Assembly: GCA_964106915.2 (NCBI GenBank)
Contig: OZ066920.1
Length of the DNA: 64,000 bases
Source of the DNA: Podarcis gaigeae
Taxonomy: Eukaryota
Direction: 5' to 3' (one strand)
Numbering within the stretch: position 1 is the first letter of the stretch; every line of letters begins with the position of its first letter. A program made the position numbers and the translations under genes. Below, piece by piece: positions 47,701 to 59,700 of this stretch. A model generated the notes under the pieces. The model searched no databases and was not told the origin of the DNA. It saw nothing but the letters and a program-made list of their open reading frames with translations.

Positions 47701-50700
47701 TTTCTGCAAAGGAAAACAGGAGCAATAAGGTACAGGGAGCATTTGTCATAAGAGATAGTCATTTATGACAAAAAAATTCCAAATACATCAAATTCTTTAT
47801 AACATACCCCAAAAGCCCAGAATCCAAACACAATGATAATGAAGTCGACAGTATCAGCAAGGAACATCAGGACATAAACATCAGTCACAGCACTGTAATC
47901 TGGGTGGATAAGATTGTAGAAAAACTGTTTGATGGGCACATATACCTGAAGGGTCCTGAAATAACAGAAAATACAGTCTTACAAATAACTTTATGTAAAG
48001 AACTATGCAGTTTAATTTACTACTCCCAAGAACTTATACATTTCCTTAGAGATAACTACAAAATGCATGAAGTCAGACGTGGGGACCATGATGGCCCTTC
48101 GGTCCCATATGAGGGAGAAAACCAAGTGAGCCTGAAGGTCTGGCTTGCATTGTGCTCTTGCCCATTCCTAGGTGTAGAGAATGCAGATAATGACTCAGGC
48201 CTCCTTGGTATTCTTCCCCAGGCCCCACCCCACAGCCATTGTACGTCACACCCTCATTGAGTGTTTTCGATTGACTTGGATATGTCCTTGAACTTTTATA
48301 ATGCAGTTTGATTGTTCAGATGAAGAACAATGTGTATGTGTGTGTAGAAAGCCCATTGTTTTGCTCTGCCAAATATTGTTTCTGATCTTTCCCACCGCTG
48401 ATATGTGGCCCTTGGAAGGTTGCTCAGAAGGGACTGTGGTCCTCAAGCTGAAAAAGATTCCCCTCTCCTGCTCTAGAACATTTAGGACAAGTGAAAAAGG
48501 ACAAAGACACAATGTGGGAGAATATGAAGACAAACAAAGAGAGAATCGGTGCACTGGTAAAACTGTTACTTGGAGCCTCAGGACTGAATAGTGCTTTGTT
48601 ACTAAACCTTCAGATATCAGCATTTTATGGAATTGCAATCTTCTAAAAATCCTACACAAAGCATTGCAGAATCAATTCCTGATTTCATTTAAACTGATAC
48701 AAACTTTAATTGCTCACTTTTTAATGGTAAATGCCTTAGCTATGATAAGTTGTTCCCGCAGCTTGTCCATGAGAAGTTCTTTTCTTGATTTTTGTTTTAT
48801 GCTCAGCACACTGCTTCCTTTTTGACTGCTGTTCCGTGTGCTGGTACTTCCTGAGAAAACAGTTGGAGGGAGAAATTACAAAGTGATACATCCATCTTAA
48901 ACCTCCGTTTACCCTGAAAAGCAATTCACAGAGTTTTGGCATGATTCACATGTAATCCATCTCCTCCTTTGTACCCGTAAGGAGGAGATCAAATTCTGAT
49001 TTTAAATAAACCACAGTTCCTTGTGATGTCTTAACTTTGAAGACTGTGGCATGCTGAAACAATGGTGGGCAAGAACAAGCAGGATCTAAAAAGTTCCATT
49101 GATAGTTATTTGAAAGGTAGTTTCCCATTGCCTGTAGAAGTGATCAGGTTGGGTAACATCTCCATCATAGCTCCCATAGTTCAGTTCACTCCATCCAAAC
49201 AGTCATGCATTTCTTAAGCTCCCATTATTTCTCATCCTTGGTCCAGTTCATACATCTTTCCCTCCAATATTTGTGAGTTTTCTTTTCCTCTGTGAGTCTT
49301 CCAGCTGCCCCATTTCCCCCTCCCACTTGTGCAACTTGGCAGTCCTTCCATTTTTCCTCCTGCACCTTCTGACCAACCTCCTCATCTCTCTCCGCTTGTC
49401 TCTTGCCTCAGTGTGCTTTCCCCCCACTTCAGCCTCTCTCACTTGTTCTAGCCTTTAATTTAAAGTATCCTTACTTGCCTTCTCTGCTTGCCTTGCCTTG
49501 CCCTGTCTCCTTCTCCCGTCTCCCCTGTGGCTGCTTCAGAGTAGAAGGTGTTTCCTGCCACTGGCAAGAAATCAATGACTAAGCAAGTACAACGTGTAAT
49601 GCCACATTCTGTTTTAGAGTCTTGGTCATGGACCAAATGCATACCTCTTTTTGAACGGTGTGAGGAGAAGCTGGATCTGTGAGAAAGCTGTGAGCCACTA
49701 CTTGAACTTTTCCTACGGATGGCAGTCTGCTGCTCTGGGAAATGAACATGTATGGATTCAACAGATGCTGCCAAATTGACTGATGTCAAAGAGCCAGCAG
49801 AACCTCTCCTGTCCGACTCAACTGACTCATCATCAGAGTCGCCTTTACTGCTGCAGTTGTCTCCTCCATCATCTTCATCCCACAATCCATGACACTAAAA
49901 AAATAGATAAAGTTAAGCAATTATATTTAAAATTATATTTTAAAATTGGCTATTGTTGGGATTCCTTCTCTTTATAAAATACACATGCTAATGGAATACA
50001 TTCTTATCTTCAAGTCACCTAACCTCTTGTGCACCATATTTAAAGAATAAAGCTACTGAAATACTTCATTTTAACTTTGTGTGCTGGTTCATTACTTAAC
50101 TTCTAAAATGAGAGGAGGAGCTTTAGTTCAAGCATTCTTCAATACCACAGCCCTCATCAAGATTTTTGGAGCTAGTTATGGTTGAAAAGGCATGCAACAG
50201 CATTGTAAACAAGTTTTAGGGCCAAACCCTGGTTGACAAAGATCAGTTTTAAAGTCTTGGTTCTTTCAAGTTGGTTTAAGGGCACCAACAGATATTCCTG
50301 TGGAGCTGTTTGCTCACAAAAGCTTATGAGCAATCCATGCTAAAACTTTAAATCAGAAATTAAGACAGCTAACTAATCATATTCAGATCTGATTTTGCAG
50401 TGAAAACATTTCATTTAGTCTAATAAGTGTCTTCATGACTCTTAATATTTATAATTTGTAAACCGCAATTCAGATATGATGGAAAGTCAGCATGCTGCCA
50501 GCCACATCATTTTATACAAAAATATGAGGTTAAAAACAATAAAATACATTTTAAAATTCCAAACTACCTTTAAAATGGATCGATGAAAAAACAAAGCAAG
50601 TAGTTGAACGAGGTCATAGTGAACATAACCCTCTTTCTTCTCAACACCAATAATATTGGGAGGATGGTAAGGCTTGTCCTTGTTTAGTTCTAGTTGCTTA

Positions 50701-53700
50701 TTCCAAGGAAAGAAGCCAAACTGGAAAAAATATTTTATAACAATTGTTACCTGTGCAAAAAAGAAAGAAAAAAGAGAAAGATGAAAAATAGCTTCATGAT
50801 AATCACTGAAAATTTGGTAACATTCCATAAAAATGAGAAATTATCATTAGAATATTAACATACCTCAGTGTAGACTATAGCTGTCATCCAAAAACGTTTG
50901 CTAGGCCTCGGGACGGAAAGCATGGCCCAAAGGAATATAAGAATAGGAAGCACAAGGGTAATCATGGAGGCAGAGATCATGTGATTAAGAATGATTACAA
51001 AAAAACACACCATTTCTGAACGAGCCACAAGGGTATTATACAAAGCATAAATTAGCAGCAAAAAACGAGGCTGAGTAGAGTAGAATTTTTCTGACTCATC
51101 CAGTTCCTCATCTTGAAACATTCTGTGGGGACAAAGTTAGATCACATAACTTGATGTGCCAATATTTTAAATACTGCAGAATAATCTGTAAGTAACAACA
51201 AATAATATATTTCCACTTAACAAAGAACCATGCAAACAAGTTTCCAAAACCCAGCTTTAGATGTGTTTCTTTACCAGCCACACTAGAGATGTGAGGAACC
51301 TCAGGCCTGGGAGGCTGAATGCAGCCCTGCAATGGAGCCCCTGTATTTGGCCCTCAGAAATCTCATAAGGCCAGACACCATAAGGCTTTGCACCTGAAGT
51401 GCAGGCTATCAAAAGTCAGGCATAGAGTTCCATTAACCACATATTTATTTCAAAAGAAGGTGTTCAAAGGAAACAAAATATCTCCTGGTACAGAAACCAC
51501 ATGTAAAGTAAGTTTCAGAATGTCACCCAAATATTTTGAGAGATCAGGTTCAGCATCCAGGCCTTTTCCAAAGTTAGAATATTTGCATATAAAGAGTTTC
51601 AAATCAGTTTTTTTTCTTTAAAATGCAATCTGTTTCTTGGGTCAGGTAAGTAGCCATGTTGGTCTGACGCAGTTGAAATAAATAGAAAATTGTCCAGTAG
51701 CACCTTAGAGACCAATTAAGTTTGTTCTGGGTATAAGCTTTCGTGTGCATGCACACTTCTTCAGATATTATTTCGACTGTGTTTCTTGGGGTGTGTACTT
51801 GTCATAGAATGTCATAATTAGTCGCAGTTTCCCATCAGGTATACACCATGGTGAAATACATGTGTGGCTATCACTGTGCCTTTCATGTAACAATTTTACG
51901 ATGTGCAAATGACCACCGCCCACTAAATAATTCTAATGAAGTTCTTGCTGAATGTTCATGGTATGCAAAATCATTGAACCCCATTGCAAATCAGTCTAAT
52001 TCGTGAATAGTAAAGGAAATGTTATCAAAAGTTTCTTCATCTGAAAGCACATGACATAGTTCTATTTTTGAAGGTAAGCAGGTCTAGCCATGGCCAGTGC
52101 CCTGGTGAGAGACTACTGAATACCACATCCCTGCTACCGTAATCTCCTGAAAGGAAGGCCAGGGTACAAGTGCCATAAACTGAATTCATCACATGAAGCA
52201 GCACAAAACTAATGTAATCAGAATGATCTGGTCATCAGTGAATTTACTAAAATTCACTTAAATGACTTGAGCATCATTACAATATAATTTTTGGTAACAT
52301 AATGAATTCACATTATTTTACATGCCTGTGGGGAAATTATTTTATGATTCTTACTTGTTTAGAAGTAGTTCACTTGCAGTAAGCTCATGTGTCAAAGGAG
52401 GAAGTATAGAATCTTCTGGTTTGTCAGACTGATTTTCATCTGGGCTCACCATCATATGGTTTTTGACAGAGGAACCATCTTGGGAACTATCTAAGGGAAA
52501 AAGCTCCAAGCTCACAGCTTTGCTGTAGGAAGGAGGGGGTTCAGCAATGCCATCCAAACCAGAATAGGATGGTATATCTGTATCAGAAGTATATGCAGCT
52601 CCTTCAGAATCTATGCAATAAACTTCCATGTCATGTTCCTGCCTTGATGCAGCATCTACCCCCTCTTCTTCTTCTTCTCCTCCTCCTTCTTCGTGCTCCT
52701 CCCCTTCAACTTCTTCAATAGTTTCTGCTGTCCCCTGACGAGAATACAGCATGGTGATTTGGGTAGCCTCACTGTCAAGAACAGGGGGAACAATATTATT
52801 TTGTCAATTTCTTATTTCACAAATGAAACACTGATGTGTCCAAAGTATGTTCTATGCTAAATTTCAATGTTAAGCCAGTGAAGACAAACTCAACCACAGT
52901 TAAAAGACTGGGAACAGGCCATGGCGTTATGTGTCACATCCTCCCCATCTTTTCTCCTCTTAAGAATTAATTGCCTCTTTCTGCCTTACCTATGTTTTTT
53001 GATTTTTGTGTGTGTGGTATTTTTTGGCCAGCAATGATATTAGCTGCTGTGGCTAAGGCTAACCAGGATTCTATCTGAACCAGGAGCTGAAGGCAGCATT
53101 CTAAGCTCTCAGCTAAAATGAACGGATCAATAAATAGGTATCTAATTTAGAAACTTGAGACCAAAAGTATAAGGATCAAATGGGGGCTATTAAAAAGACA
53201 GAAAGCCCCCCAATTAGAAATATTGGTATGAGCCTAAACAAGACAAATATGCTTCTATTAAGTACTCATGCACACCTACATATACAAAACACACACAAAA
53301 CACACCTGCGCTGGCAAAATCCACAGTGCCAAAATTTACAATGGTCAGGGTAAATGAATGAACAAAGCATGCATGGGTTAAGCACCTTGACACCATACTG
53401 CCACTGTCAGCAGATGAGGAGGACATATCCATGCTGTACATTTTACGAAGCCTAGGACGCGCACGCTCACTTGTTTTAGGAATAGGGTCTGGTCCATCTA
53501 AATCATCAAGGGTTGACTGCCTTGACAACAACAGTGTGGTTGCTTCAGTGCAGCAGCTAGCAGTGCAAACAGTTACAAAAACAGTGTTATATACCAACAG
53601 CATCCTGAAGTGGTCCAATAGTAACCATGCAGGCTAGCCATGCAGTATACAGAGACACATAGACAAGGTTTTGAGTGGAGATTCTGAGCTACCAGTATGC

Positions 53701-56700
53701 ACTGGCTTTTATTCAAAACAAAAGTTTTTGATAGTCACACAGAATCAATAGTGGTTAAATGGGAAACCATGGTGTGAAGGCATAGGGCTTTCAGCCATTT
53801 TGTCACACAGTTACAGGTTACAGCCTGCAAAATCACATAGAGTGGCTCAGGTTGCAATCCTAAATTCATTTGCTAGGGAGTATCTCAGAGGAACAACTGA
53901 GTTTGAAACAGATTTATACCCAGAATTTTAGGGTCACAACCCTACGAAGCTTTGCTGGAATTTATTGCGTCTAACTGGCTTGTGTACTATTATTTTTAAA
54001 GAAGCTCGGCTAATTATATGAAAATTGGAATAAATATGTATATTATATGTATAATATGTATAATAGCCCAATGCAGTTCAGCATTTCTGCAACGTAATTG
54101 TATAAATATTTTTATGCAGTTATATGCATTGTTGTATATAACTGTTAATGTAATGGCCACTTCAGGAAACCTGGAGTATATATGTATATTTTATGTTCCA
54201 GCACATATGAGGATTGTTCTTATTTTTAGCAGAACATGCTTCTTGTCAAGATTCAACGTGTGAGATGGAAATTTAAAAAAATCCATACGCATAAGCTCAA
54301 TATCAATGTTTTCAGACAATCCAATCACTAACTCAAGAGAAATGTGCTCATGAGTAAACCTGCTTAGGACTGCACTGTCAGACTCTCAAATGCTTCTTGG
54401 ATACAATGGGTATTGGGTGTTGTAACTTTAGGAAAGGTCTGCCTTTTGTCTGACAGACTAGACAGTTTCCATTTGGTTAAAGATGGCAGTTTTGGCACTG
54501 TTTTGTTAATATAACTAGGAGGCAAACTTCTTCCCATAAGATCTACAAGACCTGTTATTTATTAATCAATCAATCAGCTTTCAGAGAAATCCAGACTGTA
54601 TAGGTTAGTACACAAATGTTAATTTTATTCATTACACAAAATGCAAGCCTTTTTACTTTTACTTAAAAAAATTTCTTATTTTCAAAATATGTAAACCAAT
54701 GTGCAGCTTCTTACTATATGTAGCCCTGGAGTGGCAGCCAACTATGTTTTACTCAGAGTAGACCCAGTGAAATTAATAAACATGACAAAGTTAGGTCCCT
54801 TAATTTCAATGGGTCTACTGTTAAAAAAATGTGGATGATGTGCAACAGTTTTTCTGCTTTCATAAATCTTAAACATGAGGAAAATAGCTCAAACAGAGGT
54901 GCTGCTTATACTACCCTTGTCACATATTATCACCCATAGAAGATAAGTTACTTGTGGCCTCCCACTAGGTCAGACTTCTTTTAGAAAAACAGGACTTCTT
55001 CTTTCTCTCCTCTCTACCGACCATGCCATCTCTGTGCTCTTCCAAAATCTGGTCGGACCATCTGGCGCAGATTTGGGAATGGGGTGGGAGGCACAGAAGA
55101 ATAGGAAATCCATTGGCCCTCCATCTGAATACTGTTGGATATCATCTGCATTGGTTGAATTACTGCTTATTTAAAACAAAATACCTGGATTCGCTGTCAC
55201 GAGATACTGCTGATTCTAGACTTTCTGTCCTCTCAGCCTGTCCAGGTTCATAAATTTCATCCAGTCCTGATTCCCTAGAAAGTTTCATTATATGGTTCTG
55301 ATAATACATATGGATGCTCTCTCGAGTTGGAACATTCCCCTAAAAAGGAAGGGATAGAATTTAGAAGTCTAAGTAGGGTCTGCCAACAATCTTTGAGATT
55401 GGCGATTATCTGGTGCAAACTAGTGAGAATTGTGCAGCATATCAAAAATTGAGGAGTCTCTCAGAACTATACCATAGAAGTGTTTCATTCTTTCTCCCTT
55501 GCCAGGCTATTCATTAGGTTTCTTCCATCCTCAATTATAGCAATAAGCTAAAATTAGCAGGTCTTTGTTAATATACACCATGCATCCAAAACATTTAAAA
55601 ATAAGGAAAAGCCACGGTTGCTAAAATCTAAACCTGCTCCTACAAATATTGTCAAGGACTGGCTGGATGCAGAGGAATGGTGGGAGGCGCCAGCTGGGGA
55701 ACCCCCCAGGGAACCCCAGGGGAAGGAGGCTGAGCCAGGGGACTGGTGGTGGGATGATGATGATGTGTGGTCAGAGGGAGAAGAGGGAATAGACTGGGAG
55801 GAGGAGGTGTCAGAAGCTGAAGAGGCAACAGAGTTTAGGTGAGCAGGATGAGGCTGTGGCAGAGAGCAGTCCTGATTCAGAGGCTGGAGAGGAGCAGGGC
55901 CAGGAGACAGATGAGGCAGGCTGCTGAAGAATCCAGGGAGCCTCCCTCTCCTCCTGTGACCTGCTCCCCCCCCACTTGGTCTCCCAGAACACACAGAGAA
56001 ATGTAAAGAGCAGAGGAGAGATGGGTTGTGTGCAGATGTAGTATCTGATTGCTTGAAAAAGAAACCTTGGAGAACAGAGGACTTAGGCAGCTGTGGGGAG
56101 GTGGGAATCTTCAGTTCCACACAACTGCCTCATTGGGGCAAGACCTACTGGAAAGAGTGGCTGGGATCGCTTATCCTGTGTTGTTTTGGTTTCTTGAATA
56201 AAGAGTTAACTTCACTGACACTAGTGGTTTTTTAATTGCTGATCTACACCTGACTCCGGCTCCTGACAAGTATCTAGAAACAATAGTTTTGGCCAAGGTG
56301 GGCCTGAATTCCAAGCCTTCCTAATGGCATCAACTACATGATATGCGCATATCCTATTACCTTTTTGATTTCTCTAGTAAGCATGCACCTCTCGATTCTT
56401 AGCACAGTGGAAATATCAATGTGCTCTCTCGAAATCGAATTGAGCCAAGCTGTAAAACTGTCTATTGTTGCCAGAAACAGAACCCAGGTAAACTTCAAAA
56501 TATTATATATTCTTTTGATAATGTTATCTGGGGGCAGGAAACAAGAAAGAAAAAAGAGAGATTTAGTACATAAGCAACCATCACAGTAACAAATATTTTT
56601 GAATGAATGAAGAAAATCTAGCCCCTAAGGAATTATTGTTGCTCTCTGACTGCTACCTCTATTCAATTACATGAAAGTTAGCTCTGTTGACCTTCCTACC

Positions 56701-59700
56701 ACTTTCTTTTGAGTAGACTTATACAAGATAGCACTTTTTCTGGCATTTCTAGTTTAAGGAGCCAAATTATTGGCCAATCATTTGAACCAGAATTATTCTG
56801 TTTCATTACCAGTCAGTGTAATTGTTTGCTGACCTCTGAGTCTTTCCGGCTTTATTAGTATCACTTGTGCTAGGAGAGTGGTGAATGTTGATATAGAATT
56901 GTAAAGAAATTATACAGCACACCAGACATAGGATTTGTTGGCTTGCCTTTATTTAACACACTGTTGTACTGTCTAATCAGAAAATAAAAGAATACCTTTC
57001 TTGCATCTTTGCTTACCGGGTCCGTCTGAGGACTTCTTTTTGACAGGTTCCTCTCTTTCTTCACACTCCACATCTATACCAACTGACAAATCAATATTAA
57101 ATAAATGAGCAAAAGTTTTTCACAGATCTGAATTATTCAACCAAAAATGATGGAAATATATAGTGAGCTGCAGCTTAGTAACCTCAAATTATACAGTGCT
57201 CTCTAATAATTATATTCAAATTAACTAGAGATATAGCCCATGAGTGATTTTATTCTGCTTTAATTGAGACAGTAATGTGGACTTCAGCACCTTAATATTG
57301 CTTGGCCAACTAGCATTTGGATTTATTCTTTACCACCTCTCTCCTTCCCAAATTAAAAATAACCCATTTTCCTGTCACCCTCCACTATATCTTTCCCTGC
57401 AACAGTAATTGTGTTTGAAGGAGAGAAAGTATTCAGTGATTTCTTTGTAACTGTCAAGGCTTGAAGCCTTGCCCTGTTACTACGTTACAAGCACATTTAG
57501 CAGTAGCTGTTTGGTGACTGTGAAGGAAAGAGACTGTAACTTCCAGGATTTATTAGGCGGGACCTGGATAAGGTTAATTCATCGTGATTTGTGTGGGACA
57601 GCAGACTCTGTGTGGAGATTCTTGTCATTGGGGAGTTAACTGTCAGGAAGAGAGTTGAAAATGGTCTGTTGTGAAGTTGAAGAGATAATGGGTGAAGTAA
57701 GTATGAGGACAAGACTGGGGGAAAATGAATGGAAAGCTGAGGTCTGAATATTAATACTTTGTTATTTGTGGGATAACCAAACTCATATAACCAATATGCT
57801 TAAGATTAATTAATGCATGAAGGGGTTGATGCCATAGAGTAAGCTTTCCTGCCAGGCGTAGCTATGTCACTCCCCCTTACTTTGGAAGAAAGTTAATCTA
57901 GCCCATTGTTGTACCTCAGATTACCTAAGAAGCTCAGCATGTAAAAAGGCTAAACTGGCTGAGCTAGTTGCTGCAGCTGAGCCACATGTTTCTAACATGC
58001 CTTTTTTGTGTTCCTATATCAATAATTTAAGAACTTTCACCCCTGTAACTAAGTCAAGTTTCACTGCCTGTGTTTTCTGATTGTTGTATGGAAAAAGCAT
58101 ATGAATGTGACCTTTGGAGAGTTTGTAAGTAAACAATTTTTTGCTTACCAAATGTGTGGTCTTTTTCTATGCTAAGGGAAAATGGGAAGTTTGGAAGGTA
58201 CCTAGAAGGGCATATTTTAAAGGTTTAACAGCCTATATTTCCATGCTTTACCTTGCTGAATATTTTGTGATTTTAAATCTCTGCTGGGGCTCTATCACAA
58301 AAGAGTACTTGCCCCAAATCTGGATATTGACATCCAGGGAATTCTCATTTTATAGCCTTTATATGTCTGTGCTAACCAGCCTTATTCATACTTGCCTGGT
58401 GATTGAATTAGTAAGAGAGGCTGCCCTGTGTAAAGGTCTTACCAGAAGAAAGTTACACAAGCAAGTTTTTAAAGTTGACTAAACTGTCCAAGCAGCCAGA
58501 AGTGCAACCAGAGCAGTTTCGGAGTTCAGAGGGCAGATTGCCCATAGTAGCTGTTGTGGGAGTATTTGACCGGGGCTACCTAAGAGGCTGGCGTTAGCAA
58601 CAGTCTCTGTGGTCTTTAGAAATGGTCATAAAGCTCCTTTAAGACCCCATTGGTGCAGGGGCAGAAGCCCTTTTCTGAAAATGGGAACCCTCATGCAGAG
58701 CTCACACTGAAGGGTCATGTGAGGTGCATCTCATCCCTAATATCTCCACTCTGATGTCCTGGTTTGTAGCAGTAACTCGAACAAGATTTTTCGTTTGGAC
58801 TTCAGGTGAAACTATGGCTCAACAAATTAGGAGGTACTGAGTTAAGGGAAGAGAGAGTATGCAAGCAAACACCTTGTTCCTGGTCCAAGAAAGCATGGTT
58901 TGATGAACTGAAATGATTGTGTCTGAACTGGACCAATGTTTTGCCTATTATATCTGCCTATAGTAGTAAGCCAGCAAGGAGGAACTAGGTAAAAATAAAT
59001 CTCTATCTCCTTTCTCCTGCCACATGTGAAAGGGTAATTGTTTTGTTAATATGGCTACTCAGATAGAGGTCTTTTCCATTACCCACTATCTGGTTCTTTT
59101 GTGACTGCAGATGTTATGGAATTTACCTGGGACCTTCCCCATGCAAGGCATGTAGCTGAATCACTGAGCTGTGGTCCCTTCACCCAATAAACAGAGGAAA
59201 GATTTGTGTTTACAAGAAATAACTGACAAAATTACAGATGCATACATACCTTCCCCAGATCCTTTCCGCCTTTGTCTCCTTTCTTTCCCAAACTTTTTTT
59301 TCTCTTTGCGCCTCTGTCGGAGGGCAGTTTTAGGATCAGTAATCCAGGCCTGATAAACGAACTGGAGGGAAAAACCAATTTATTCCAAGCTCCTCAGTAA
59401 GTAAATAGGAATGCAATATGTATTTGATGAAAAAATTTAGGTTTGTGAGTTTAAGCAAACATTCTTAATTGCTATCCAAACGTTTCAATGAAAGTTTGAG
59501 ATTTTTTGTGCTATTTTTGTTTGCTAAACAAACTAAAACATTTGAATAGAACGATGGATTCATGTGAGTTTCATATGAATCCATAAAAGCTATGTTCTGA
59601 ACTCCGGAAATGCAAATATAATTTACATATGAACCATTTCCTGCAACTAGCCTCAAATAATAATCAGTATTCCAATATAATAAGAACATTAGACTTTATC

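Noticed and set aside
47946-47947. Alternative acceptor ttcag|GTATAT 10 nt inside a PIEZO2 exon
   Set aside because: It would frameshift; the upstream AG gives the correct phase.
55554-56120. 188-aa Ser/Pro-rich ORF on the PIEZO2 strand, and an acidic Trp-rich ORF opposite
   Set aside because: Both lie inside a solo LTR, and the flanking PIEZO2 exons already join in phase.
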